The notes under the pieces are model-generated. The model saw nothing but the letters and a program-made list of their open reading frames with translations, searched no databases and was not told the origin of the DNA. Positions 1 through 11,867 of a stretch of 64,000 nucleotides of DNA are shown piece after piece (within the stretch, counting starts at the first letter, position 1; each line of letters starts with the position of its first letter). The translations under genes were made by a program, and so were the position numbers. Origin of the DNA: Mobula hypostoma (lineage: Eukaryota); the NCBI RefSeq assembly GCF_963921235.1, contig NC_086122.1, forward strand, positions 27,466,001-27,530,000, given 5' to 3'.

Positions 1-752
1 AGGTGAAAGGACAATGAAGTGGCTTCTGACCTCACCCCTGCTGTGTGATGCAGTGCAGAAGCACTCCTTTAGGACATAGAGGGTTACAACCGGCTTCGCA
101 GCTGCGGATCAAACTTTATTTGAACCTTGAGTTGGACATCTGCTGTTTTTTTTTATGAACTCTGACAGGAAATAAGCTTGCATTTTACTTAAAAATAAAA
201 AGGACAACAGCAATGAAATCCAGAACCATGCACATTATTCAATCATTCATTATATATAAAAAAAAAGAACATCTGCAGTCCGTTGCTAAGGTAACCCTGA
301 GATGTCAACTCTGCCCAAGGCTGTATTCTTTACCAGTGCCATCTTCCGACACTGCTGGCACAGAGCACGTTCTGTTGTGAACACTTCTGCTGTTACAACA
401 GTGCTAAGTATTCAAGAATTTAGTACTATTTCATATTTCTTCCTGATGTTTAAACTGGTAATTATTTCCTTGCCACACAATAGATTGCTAACACCTTGGG
501 GGAAAAAAATGCTCACTTCCCAGATGAGCAAAGGCTGGTATCAAGTGGGAACATCCTTCTACTGAGTAACTGCTTGTGTGAATAGATTCTAAATGATCTC
601 CTAATGTAAACTTGACGGCGATATTTATTACTGACAGACAATTTAATCATCACTTAGAACAGCACCTATCACAACACATCTTCCAACATTTTACCAAATA
701 TCATCTGTCAAAATTGAGATCAGTTTAAATAGATAGTACACCTATTGTTAAA

Positions 753-1410
753 AACGTGAGAAAGTCTGAAGGTGCTGGAAATCCAAAGCAACGCACACAA
801 AATACTGGAAGAACTCAGCAAGTCAGGCAGCATCTACGGAAATGAACAGATAGTCAATGTTCTGGGCTGAGACCCTTCTTCAGGACTGAGAAGGAAGAGG
901 GAAGATGCCAAAATAAAAAGGGGAGGGAGGGGAAGGAGGCTACCTGGAAGGTGATGAGCGAAGCCAGGTGGGTGGGAGAGGTCAAGGGCTAGAGAAGGAG
1001 AAATCTGACAGGAGAGGAGGGTGGACCATAGGAGAGAGGGAAGGAGGAGGGGCCCAGGATGAAGTAATAGGCAGATGAGAAGATGTAAAAGGTCAGAGTG
1101 GGGAATAGAAGAAGGGAGGGAGGATTTTTTTTTACCAGAAGGAGAAATTGATATTCATGCCATCAGGTTGGAGGCTACCCAAATGGAATATAAGATGTTG
1201 CTCCTCCACCCTGAGGGTGGCCTCATCTTGGCACAAGAGGAGGCCATGGACTGGCAATGTCGGAACAGGAATGGGAATCACAATTAGAATATTTGACCAC
1301 CAGGAATTTCTGCTCTGGCAGATGGAGCAGAGGTGCTCAACAAAGTGGCCCCCCTGTTTATGACGGGTCTCACTAATGCAGAAGAGGCCGCTTTGGGAGT
1401 ACCTGAACAC
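753..1410 (-). mobile_element. Penelope-like element (PLE) 3' fragment: GIY-YIG endonuclease C-terminus plus pseudo-LTR with decayed hammerhead motif
   Basis: ORF 1132-1410(-) GLFCISET...FVEHL...RVEEQHLIFHLGSLQPDGMN matches the PLE GIY-YIG C-terminus. It is followed by a pyrimidine-rich tract and CAGTC-CTGAAGA-AGGGTCTCAGCCC at about 855-889(-). Confidence 0.85.
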
Positions 1411-1730
1411 CTACTGTGATTATTTAATTGTGTCATTAGGGAAATCGGGAAATATGGGATAATATTGGAAAATTGTGTTAAGGTATAAGATTGGCTGGGA
1501 ATTTAACAAACAGGCTCAAAGAGCTGGATAGCTGACTCTTGTTTCTATTTCTTATATTCTATGTAAAGATTTTAATGCAACATGCTATGCAGGATGTGTC
1601 TTAATTTCAATTATACAGTAAGGTAACATACTCCAAGGAATAAGTGGAATTTTATTTGCAATGCCTTTCTATCCAATTATAACCAGGCCTTCAACAATAA
1701 TTGAAGGGTTCAGAATAACTGCAGCTCAGT

Positions 1731-1810
1731 CAATAGACAATAGACAGTAGGTGCAGGAGTAGGCCATTCAGCCCTTCGAGCCAGCACCGCCATTTACTGT
1801 GATCATGGCA
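1731..1810 (-). mobile_element. CR1 LINE 3' tail fragment
   Basis: CAATAGA tail repeats followed by GCAGGAGTAGGCCATTCAGCCC, the same tail type as other CR1 ends in the window. Confidence 0.6.
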
Positions 1811-2207
1811 GTCATTGCAAGGGAAAGATGTACAACCAACAATCAAAATAAAGCATTTATTCATTCCCAGCTGTAAAATGGACAAGAATCCAATTATTGG
1901 CATGCCTAAATCTGTAACTGATTGTCATTCCCCCGTGTAGTATTTTACAGGGGAACAATACATAGTTTGCAGAATCACCTTCCAAGTGGCTCGATATTGA
2001 TTTGCTTCCACTTTCCTCTTAGAATGTCTACAGAGGAGTATGGTCTATGCTTTATTATTGCCATTTCCAATGATCTCCGTGAAAGAGATCTCATACAACT
2101 TGAATTGCTTATGACACAATGGGCCAGCAAAATACGAGATTCTGCATAGACCTACCTGCAACTTGTCACACAGTGCTCTACCACTTACAGTTTAAAATGC
2201 ACAAAAA

Positions 2208-2744
2208 ATACAGTGTGTTCACTTTACTAAGTACCCTCTGTACCTAATAGAATGGCCACTGAATGTACGTTTATGGTCTTCTGCTGCTGTAGCCCATCTA
2301 CTTCATGGTTTGGTGTGTTGGGCTTTCACAGATGCTCTTCTGCTGTTGCAAAACATGGTTATTTCAGTTATTGTTGCCTTCCTGTCAGCTTGAAACAGTC
2401 AGGCCTTTCTCCTCTAACCTCACTCATTAACAAGGCATTTTTGCCTACAGAACTGCTGGTCATTTGTTGTTTTTTGTTTCTTGCTCCATTCTTTGTAAAC
2501 TCTAGAGATCAGCAGTTTCTAAGATACTCAAACCATCCCGTCTGGCACCAACAATAGTTCCACAGTCAAAGTCACTTAGATCACATTTCTTCCCCATTCT
2601 GATGTTTGGTCTGAACAACAACTGAACCTCTTGACCATGTCTGCATGCTTTTATGCATTGAGTTGTTGCCACATGATTGGCTGATTAGATATTTGCATTA
2701 ATGAGTAGGTGTAAAGATGTATCTAACATAGCCAATGAGTGTAT
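2208..2744 (-). mobile_element. Non-autonomous Tc1 element (decayed N-terminal transposase HTH, duplicated TIR at one end)
   Basis: Homologous to 14932-15491 and 21050-21578. TIR resembles CACTCAGTGGCCACTTTATTAGGTAC, and the minus strand encodes MGKKCDLSDFD-like Tc1 sequence. Confidence 0.85.
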
Positions 2745-3089
2745 ATTTTTAAAAAGAAAGTTGGTACCCATTTATTTTGTCTTTAAAATCTAGCTTCATT
2801 GCAACATCACAAATTTTGTCTTATTTTTGCAAGGTATTTTGAATTATTATTTTGAAAAATGCTTGGAGATGTTTGCAGTGCAAACTAAATTCTAGGGAAG
2901 GATTCTGTGTGCCAACACTGGCCTTTAAGAGCAATAGTCAAATATTATCAAGAATTAGCCATTTTCTATGTCCAATGTAAGACGTGATAATATTGTAGAC
3001 TTCTGTAAGCCTACACAAAACAGTTGTTACATCACTGTTTTCCTCAGTGTTGTATGTTGAGAATGTGTGGGGATGAGTTCAATAGTTGA

Positions 3090-3590
3090 ATGGTTCCATT
3101 TAAAATACAATACACAACCTGAAATTCTTACTCTCCGCAGACATCCACGAAACAGAAGAAACCCCCCCCAAAGAGTGAGTGACAGAAAAAAGACGGAAGA
3201 ACCCCAAAGCCCCCTGACCCTCCTATGTACAAGCTGCAGCAAGCAGCATCAACTCTCCCCCCAAATTATTCTAGCATAAAGCATTAGCATTCCCACTACC
3301 CAACATGCAAGCAACAGCAAAGCCCCCAAAGAGAGACCATGGTCTACAGTCCATCAAAAACTAACTGTTCACTCCAACACTTTGACATCCCTCAGGCTCC
3401 CTCTCTCACTAACAAGGGAGAGACAGATTTAGCTCCTTCCACAGTGAAAAGGGAGACAACAATCGCTATTTTAATGGTACAGTCAGCCTGAAGCATTGCT
3501 TTTTTGTTTCCAGTTCCCTGCCTTGAGAATCAGCAAATAGAGTGCAGAGACCTCTGACAGCTACCCTCGTTGTTTTTGATGTTCTGGCTC
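3090..3590 (-). mobile_element. Non-autonomous non-LTR retroposon with a Rex-Babar/L2-type tail
   Basis: Shares TACAACCTGAAATT...CAGACA...CCCCAAA blocks with 7810-8022 and 25540-25745. Confidence 0.55.
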
Positions 3591-4199
3591 CCGCTATGCT
3601 TCAGTATGTAACACAAGCGTGATTTTAAATTTCTAATAAATAAGAAGATGCATGTAATGTGTAGACTATTTAATATTTCAGTAATATGTGAGCAATACTG
3701 TGAATATATAGTTTGATTAAGCATTCTTTGTTTATTTACATAATTTATTATGGGTTATATGTAAGAACTATGTGAATGGCATACGTTATTACATCACCAC
3801 ATCATATGTGAGCGCCTCACCAAAGAAAAGAAAAATGAAACTAACCACATGCATCCAGATTCCCATGTTTCCTTGCAATTAGCTTCTGGAGTTACAAAAT
3901 AGTGACAGGGTAATTTTAAAATGAATCCAAGATGACTATCTACCTGTTGAAGCGTAGCAAGTTTTTTTCTTTGGAAGGGAGACAGAGATCTGCCTTCTCT
4001 GAGAAGAGCAAAAGTTAAAAATGTCAAGTTTTAAAAGGAGCACTAATTTGCATGCTGTTGATGAAAACTCTGATTATGATGTGAGTGACAAAGGAATGAG
4101 TAGTCTTTAGATTAACATTGTGACAAGAGATAAGCAATATGGCTTATAACAGAAAAAAACAGCAAATTAATTAAAATGGCTGGTTCAGTCATTCCTCAG

Positions 4200-4925
4200 A
4201 GCAGTCCATTTATTTTTTTCTGCCCCACATGCTCTTCAAATATGTATGTCCTATTTTGTTGCATTTCCTGCAAATTGCACCTTTAAATCTGCATTAGTCT
4301 GGTGAATGTGAGCCTCTGCCACAATAGTAACACAATTTGTTCAGCCAGGCAGGTTTCATTTTAGATGTTTCAATTTTGTTCACACTCATTTTCATTCCTG
4401 ATAGCAACTCAATTGCATCTCTGGCTGCTGTTTCCATTGATACAGTGATTTTAACTGCTTTTTTAAATGTAAGTAGTTCTTCAGTTAGGAGCCATTTTTT
4501 AATGCTTTCTTGTAAGATTTGAAGCTAAATAATCTCTCTGTGCATCATTAAGCCCAGCACTGAACTGACAATGCTCAGACAATCTTTTCAATTCAACCAC
4601 ATAAACTGAAATTACCTCACCTTCATTTTGATGCCGCTTATGAAACCTAAAATGTTCTGCAATCAGCAATGGTTTTAGTTCTAAATATTCCTGCATTACT
4701 TTCATGTTATCAGCAAAGCTCATTTTGGCTGGCTTGATTAGAGCAGTCAAACTTCTAAGCAAATTATATGCTTTTTTGCCTATTGCACTCAGTAACACCG
4801 GCACTCACTTTTCATTGGCGATTTCATTTGCTTCAAAATAATGCTCAATTCATTCAGTATACATCGTCCAGTTAAATATTGTGTAATTGAATGCTTCTGT
4901 CTTTCCAATATAGCCATCTATTTCT
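4200..4925 (-). pseudogene. Gypsy gag remnant (in the inverted block)
   Basis: ORF 4499-4804(-) LLSAIGKKAYNLLRSL...KPLLIAEHFRFHKRHQNEGE..SVYVVELKRLSEHCQF is typical of Mag/Gypsy gag. Confidence 0.85.
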
Positions 4926-5062
4926 GCTTGTATTTATTTATTATTACCCAGTACTCACTGTTTATGTATCCATGAATTTCATGCATTTTCTGCCTTTTGT
5001 TAAAGCTCAAATGTCCCTCTTCCCTTCTGAAGAAACATGCACTTTTTTTTTAATACCTTGAA

Positions 5063-5370
5063 CATCTCTCTCTCCCTTCCAAAGGAAAAAATGTGCCATG
5101 CTTCAGCAGGTAGATAGTCATCTTGGATTCATTTTAAAATTACCTTGTCACCATTTTGTAACTCCAGAAGCTAATTGCAAGGAAACACGGGAACCTGGAT
5201 GCATGTGTTTAGTTTTATTTTTCTTTTCTTTGGTGAGGCGTTCACATATGATGCGGTGATGTAATAACGTATGCCATTCACATAGTTCTTACGTATAACG
5301 TATAATAAATTATGTAAACAAACAAAGAATGCTTAATCAAACTATATATTCACAATATTGCTCACATAAT
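5063..5370 (-). repeat. Inverted copy of the Gypsy 5' LTR, PBS and leader
   Basis: Reverse complement of about 3683-3990. PBS TGGTGACAAGG at 5143-5153(-) is a CpG-decayed TGGCGACGAGG, complementary to the tRNA-Ser(GCU) 3' end. Confidence 0.9.
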
Positions 5371-5574
5371 ATTGAGAAGAGTAGAAGTTAAAAAAGTCAA
5401 GTTTTAAAAAGAGCACTAATTTGCATGCTGTTGATGAAATAGCTGATTGTGATGTGAATGACAAAGGAATGGATAGTCTTTAGATCAACATTGTGAAAAT
5501 TAACAAGAGACAAGCAATATGGCTTATAACAGAAATAAACAGCAAATTAATTAAAATAGCTTGGCTGGTTCAGC

Positions 5575-7290
5575 CATTCCAAAGCTGGCTACTGTGCTCC
5601 ACCCCTTCAACTCATTACTACAGATCGAGAAGAAATGGCAATGGACAAGGCAGTGTGAGGTGGCTTTCAAAAAGGCAAAGGAAATGGTGATGTCAGACAC
5701 TGTACTCTCACATTATGATTTATATCCTCCAGTGAAGCTTGCCTTGTGACACTTTGCTTTATGGTATAGGTGCGGTCATGTCACATGCTATCACTGATGA
5801 AAGTGAATGCCCCACAGCTTTTGCATCATGTTCCCTTATAGCTGCAGAGAAAAATTCTGCACAGATTGACAGAAAGGCCTTGAGTCTGGTTTGGGGTGTA
5901 AATCATTTCAACCAGTACTTGTATGGGAGAGAGTTTACCCTCATTACTGATCATCAACCACTCACGTCCATTTTCAATCTACAGAAGGTTGTTCCACTAA
6001 CAGCAGCAGCACGATTGCAGAGATGGTTCTGTTTCAAGAACAAATCGAAGAGGACAACTAATCATGGAAGTGCTGATGGACTGTCCCATTGACACTTGGA
6101 AAAGGAAATAGCTGAAAATTTTACAAAAGAGGACATTCCTCTTGACATATTCTCCCTAATACAAATCAAAAGTCTCCCTATTAATGCAGGGATGATCCAA
6201 AGGGAAAGCAGAAAAGACCGTATACTGTCTCATGTCTACACGGGCATCCAAAATTGCTGGAATGTGCAGCAGGAATTCCAGTTTCCCCATTTTTAATAGT
6301 GCCGGGATGAACTTGCCCTTGATGGAGGTTGTCTTATGTGGGGATTGAGAGTTGTTGTACCATCCAAGCTGAGAGCTAAAGTGGAGGAGCCACATACAGG
6401 TCATCTAGTTGTGATCAGAATGAAAACACTGGCTCGAAGCTTTGTCTGGTGGTCTGGGATAGATCTGCAGATCGAGCAGCTTGCCATGCACTGGTCGGGA
6501 TGCCAACACATCCAGAAGATGCCATGATCAGTGACTTTCCATCCCTGGGAATGGTCTGCAATGCCCTGGCAGAGGATTCATGTATATTTTGCCGGACCAT
6601 TCATGGGCACAAATTTCTTGGCAGTAGTGGCTGCAGCTACAAAATGGCCTGAAGTGTTCCCAATAGCCTCCACTTTGCCTCTCACACTGTTGATGTCCTG
6701 AGAAGCCTCTTCTCAATGACTGGTGTTCCAGAACACTTAGTTAATGACAGTAGATCACAGTTTGTTGCAGAATAGTTTCAGTCATTCCTGAAAGTGCATG
6801 GAATAAGACATACTACACGTGCACCTTACTACGCAGCTGCCAGATGGCTCGGTGGAAAAGTTTGTCCGGAGTCTAAAGAACGCACTGCAAACAATGTCAG
6901 CAGAACACACTACACTGACACTGAATCAGAAACGCACCGAGTTCATCCTTGCGTATTGCAATGCAGCACACTCCGCAAACAACAACTCACCAGCTGTGTT
7001 GGTCCTGGGTCGTCCCTTGTGCTCACACTTGGGTCTCCTCGAACCCAATCTCAGAAGGCGTATGTAGGTCAAACACCTGAGACAAGCTGAGGGCTCCTCA
7101 AACAAGGAGGTTCAATGTTTCACTCCTGGACAAGCAGTCATGGCTAGAGACTAAGAGGTGATCAAAAGTACTGTAGATTCTTAGAAAGATTAAGAAGCAA
7201 ACCGGACCACTCTCCTACACAGTCGATATTACGTTTGATGTCATATGGAGATGACACATTGATCAGTTGAGGAGAGCAGTTGATTGTTAG
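5575..7290 (+). pseudogene. Gypsy pol remnant (RT connection, RNase H, integrase) with frameshifts and stops
   Basis: IPKLATVLHPFNSLL, CDTLLYGIGAVMSH, YLYGREFTLITDHQPL, HTGHLVVIRMKTLARSFVWW (integrase zinc finger) and VEKFVRSLKNAL. Confidence 0.9.
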
Positions 7291-7576
7291 AGAAGAAACG
7301 TGTTCATAATGGTCAGACCTATTTCCTGCAGCCCCAGAGTCAACTACCACAACCTTCATGGATGAGGTCCCAGAGTCTGAGATCTTTTCACAGCCACAAG
7401 TCTAACCTGACAAGCAGAGTGAACCACCCTTATCAGGAAAGACGTTATCCCACAAGAGTAAGGAATTCTGCTCAGCAATTAAATGTTCAAGCCTGATTTT
7501 AAAATTTACTGTGCTGTGGATGTCTACATAATAGTTGTATTATAAAGTATACTTTGTAAATCAGAAAACTATAAAG

Positions 7577-7655
7577 CAGTGTTTCCCAATCATTTTATGT
7601 CTTGGACTGATACCATTAAGCAAGGGGTCTGTGGACTGCAGGTTGGGAACCCCTG
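7577..7655. mobile_element. 79-bp hAT (Charlie/Buster-type) MITE
   Basis: TIRs CAGTGTTTCCCAA / TTGGGAACCCCTG. 8-bp TSD CTATAAAG (7569-7576) / CTATAGAG (7656-7663). Confidence 0.85.
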
Positions 7656-7809
7656 CTATAGAGCAATCCGTCACATATTTGAATTGAGATGCATTCTATT
7701 TTGAGTTGGAGTTTATAGCTAAGCAGGGAAGAGTGTAGTGTATTTAATATTTCATTGATATTGTAAATATATGATTAAACCTTCTTTGTTTACATAATTC
7801 ATTAAGGTT

Positions 7810-8022
7810 CAATGTTCAATTTAATATTAGAGAATGTATACAGTAAACAACCTGGAGCTGTTACTTTTCACAGGCATCCACAAAATGAAATAAAAAACAG
7901 AAAATGAATGACGGAAAGCTTTAGAACCCCAAAACAAAATCATCAAACCTCCCCCCACTTTTTCCAGCAAAAGCATCAGCCCCCTCCACCACCCATCATG
8001 CAAAGACCTCAGAGACCATGAT
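7810..8022 (-). mobile_element. Non-autonomous retroposon fragment inserted in the Gypsy 3' LTR
   Basis: LTR homology stops at about 7809 and resumes at about 8023. The insert resembles 3090-3350 and 25540-25745. Confidence 0.7.
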
Positions 8023-8861
8023 CATACGTAAAAGTACGTGAATGGTATGTGTCATTATGCCACTATGTCATATGTGAGTGCCTCATGAATGAAAAGGCAA
8101 ATAAAACTAAGCACAGGCATCCTGGCTCCTGCGTTTTCCTTTCAATTAGTTTCTGGAGTTACAAAACATAACATCATGGACTGTGCTGATCCGAGTGAAA
8201 GAATTCCCAATTCTCATTTGCTTTTCATTTGAGATAATTTGAGATGATTTTAATCTCAGAAAATCAACCATCTTCAAACCTGTATAAAATAATCAATGCA
8301 TGATTGAAAAAAAAACTTTTTTCTGATTTCTCTAATCTTTTATTCCTTCTTTGCTTATGTCACAAATGACGTTGCAGGACCATAGCTGCCGACGGCCCAC
8401 TGGGAAGCAGCGAACGGCGAGCTCACTAACATTTGCCCTCAACTCCAGATTTTCTCTTTAAGCTGATTGTTAGATTTTTCAGAGGTGCCAAGGTTCTGAT
8501 GAGACACTTGTGACTAAGGTAGTATTTGCCATCGGTGTTCATCAGCTAACGTCAAAAGTAATTCGTCTCATCTCATTGTTTCTTCGTGGTGTCTTGCTGG
8601 TTGTACTTTGGCCATAAGGTTCTGAAGGCTTTGATCTGCCTTCTTGATCTATAGCACTGCATGTATTGAAGGGAGCCTGGGTAATGTCAGACTTTCCAGA
8701 GTTCTCACTATTATAAGTTACTAAGTCAGCTGTAATTTCAAGTAATTAATTGAGTTCAAAGCACTTCAGTACACCAGAATTTATATGTTTAAAATAACAC
8801 CCTGATTTATGAACTCATTTTTTGATTTTATGTCTACATGTAATGGCTAGCAGGTATACAT

Positions 8862-9280
8862 CGTATTGTGGCTATCCCTCGAGGTCGAGGATGATGGTCT
8901 GCATTCTGAAGAAGTGGCCAACAGAGCGAAGACGCCTGTGCGTGTATTTGTTTAACGTGTACTTGATGTTGCACTCCAAGGAGCACACGATACTTCACAA
9001 ATCAACCAACCGATTCCAATGGCATGGAAACCACGACGATTGGAGCTGATGGATTTGTTGCAGCCTTCATCCGCCTTCACAGCCGTTGAGTTTGAAGTAA
9101 CTTCGTCCGCCTGTTCCACAGTTGAGGTCTTGGTTGGATTGTTCTTTGTCAGGGACCTCACCCTCGACCTTACCACCATGGGTGACCCTACCAGGAGCAT
9201 AGCTCCAGACGGCATTGCTCTCGGGATCTCAGGACCACACAAGCTTCTCCACCACGACAAGGTGACAATCCACGGAGAAG
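8862..9280 (-). mobile_element. Short non-autonomous RTE-type (Expander-like 5' UTR) retroposon, family F1
   Basis: 5' end CTTCTCCGTGGATTGTCACCTTGTCGTGGTGGAG...GGTAGGGTCACCCATG resembles RTE/Expander 5' UTRs and aligns with 33290-33442. Confidence 0.7.
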
Positions 9281-9569
9281 CACCCCCAAAACAGTAAGGA
9301 GGTGAAAGACTTAGCAGCTGATAAAGAAGGCATAAGACAATACTTAATGATGATGATTGAGGGGAGGCAGTAATTCCTTTGCTTTAGTGTGCTTCCTTAG
9401 GCTCACCTGCACACACCTCAGAGACAGGTAATCCTCAGGTAGCAGTTTATGCTCCTGACAAGAAATGGAAAGATTCAAAGTGTCAGCCGGAGATGGTGCA
9501 CAATCCTCATATTGTGTTCGAATAACCTCTTCGACCACATGTGGTAGGAAGTAGTTAGAATGTATTTAA

Positions 9570-9741
9570 ACCATCCACCACCTGCACCCAAGGCTTCACC
9601 TGACCCTGATTCAGGGAGGTGGGGGAGGGGGCAGTTTCTAAGCAGGTACTACACCCTGCCCCAGGGTGACCTGCAGGCCATTAAGGGAAGGAGCACTTTC
9701 TACCTCCTCTGCTGGAGACTTATCTCCACCCCGCCACCCAA
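9570..9741 (-). mobile_element. 5' part of non-autonomous RTE-type retroposon, family F4
   Basis: Homologous to 16800-16950 and to the 5' parts of 44606-44977 and 45935-46312. Confidence 0.8.
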
Positions 9742-10969
9742 TAAAATATGAAAGACAATAAAGGTAAAAATGTTGCCTCTAAAACATGAAATAAAACCCT
9801 GGGGAAGGGAGCCAGCTTTCTTTATCTTGACCAGTCTGGTTCAGATACAAAGTCTATCTTATATGTGCTATATGTATTTTACTGATATCCTATATGTAAT
9901 ATATATGCCTCGTGCGGTGTTGTACTTTGGTCCTGGAGTAACACTGTTTCATTTTAATTGTATTCATGGGTATTCATGTATGTATGAATATTAATTAAAC
10001 TTAAAATTAAACTTGAAGTCCATAGCAAACTAACTAACCTTCAAGCACGCTGAAGGGAACACAACCCGGAATGGGCAATAGACTTCAACCTTCCTTCTGA
10101 CTAACACAGAGAGGTGATGGGCAACATCGCAGATGTAGACAGACAGTCAAACCAATCAGGCTCAGCTTCCTCAGCAAAGAAAATCTCAATCTAATAATTG
10201 TGAACTGACTGCGCAGTGAATTTGACCAGATGTGGAAGGAAGTAGTTAAAGCAGATCTTTGTCTCCCCCCACCCCCCCACTCAGTTTTTTGCTGCTAACA
10301 TATTCATTAGTAATAGATTTCATTTTCGAAAGCTGCTTCTTGCTGCTGGTAGTTTACTCACTTCTGCTGATGCATATTCAGTGCAGCATTAGCAAACATT
10401 ATTTACATTTCCTGTGCTTTAATTAGCTGCACCGAACAATGTGTTTATCAGTTATTTTCCTGTGTGTCTGTGGTTCCTTCACCTCTTCAGACAAATTGGC
10501 TTGGTTACAGAGGCACAGTTCAATTATGCTACATCCATGCAGATGTGCAAACAAGCTGGGGACCTGTCTAGGTTTTCTGTTTAAAATGTACTTCTTTCAG
10601 GCCATTACATGCTAAAGACTTGGTGTCTTCTCCCTTTCTTAAAACTGAGTATCGATCCAGGAAAATGAATGATTCCCACACTTACAGCAATATTTCTTCT
10701 TAGTAAATGCTTGGGCCTTATGTGGAAAGATGATCGAACACTTTACGTCATTACTTATTGGGGCTGGTCATTGTTTGTATGACAGGAGATACATGCGGCA
10801 CCAGTCCTTATAGGGTGAACGGATTATGATGTTACACGCTCTGCCAGCTTGTCTCAATTATAGGAAGACAGACATCGTTATTTATGTTGGCTATAATCCC
10901 ACTTGGAGATGAGTAGTGCGTGCCATTGCCCACATCTGAGGACAATGGCCAGAAAAATCCCTTTTTTAA

Positions 10970-11257
10970 AAAAAAATATTCGGAGATACAGCATGGAATA
11001 GGCCCTTCCAGCTGCCCAGCAACCCCCTGGCAACCCCAGTTTAACCCTAACCCAATCACGGGACAGTTTACAATGGCCAATTAACCGACTCGGTCAATGT
11101 TGAGACTGTGGGAGAAAACGGGAGCACCCGGGGAAAACCAAGCACAGATTCCGTAGAGAGGACGTACAGAGACTCCTTGCAGAGGATGCTGGGTTTGAAC
11201 TCTGACGCCCCGTGCCTTATTAGTGTCGCGCTAACCGCTGCGCTACCGTGGCGCCCA
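10970..11257 (-). mobile_element. tRNA-derived SINE (V-SINE/HE1-like)
   Basis: Minus strand GGGCGCCACGGTAGCGCAGCGGTTAGCGCGAC (A box), GTTCAAA (B box), V-domain GGGTGCTCCCGTTTTCTCCCACAGTC, A-rich tail. Confidence 0.85.
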
Positions 11258-11493
11258 AATTATAAAGTAAGTTGAGGCGAGCTGAGCTAAATACTTTAAT
11301 TATTAGTAAAAATGTCTTTCAGTTCTTCAGACACAAGATCCAAAACTAAACTTTGGCATTTTAAATTATAGACGACTTTTACATAAAATGCTATTTGCTT
11401 GCCGATGACTGAATACAACATGGGCATGAATTTGGTCCTCCCTTCCCCACCACTCTCCCCCTTGCTCCACTACCTGAATTCTCTGAATTTTCT

Positions 11494-11867
11494 TTCTTTT
11501 CAAATCTTTTTATTATTATTATTATCCAAAATTAACACGAGTACATCGAAGTAAGCAACACTTACAATGTCTCAAGAAAAAAAAAACATTATTCTAAAGA
11601 TTGAAAAAAATTTTAGTGATTAAGCAAGAAAAAGTGGGAAAAAAAGAGAAACCCCATTAGGTGTTCAACCCTGGAGCCGTGTGTCATACAGAAAGCATCT
11701 AAAGATAAACAACAAACTGCCAGCAAGAAAAAAAATGCACCAAAAATTTACAATTAGATTGTGGAGGAAATCGATCAATTAATTTCAAATGATAATAACG
11801 AGCAAATGAACCCCATCTTTTCTCAAAATCAAACATAGGTTCAAAGGTTCAACTAATTTTGAAGTCT
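11494..11867 (-). mobile_element. 5'-truncated L1-clade LINE with 12-bp TSD
   Basis: Minus strand encodes FDFEKRWGSF, like an L1 ORF2 end, then AATAAA and an A-rich tail. TSD TCTGAATTTTCT at 11482-11493 and 11868-11879. Target site TT/AGAAAA fits L1 endonuclease preference. Confidence 0.75.

Larger units (their letters stand above)
3653..8173 (+). mobile_element. Decayed, internally rearranged Ty3/Gypsy (Mag-like) LTR retrotransposon
   Basis: 5' LTR at about 3653-3899, PBS-like site, RNase H and integrase remnants, PPT AGCAGGGAAGAG at 7722-7733, 3' LTR at 7734-8173 (TG...CA). The gag block is inverted. No clear TSD. Confidence 0.9.

Noticed and set aside
1-600. Possible host exons at the window start (ORF 302-565 and minus-strand frames)
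   Set aside because: The minus-strand frames hit stops quickly, splice sites are poor, and no protein is recognisable.
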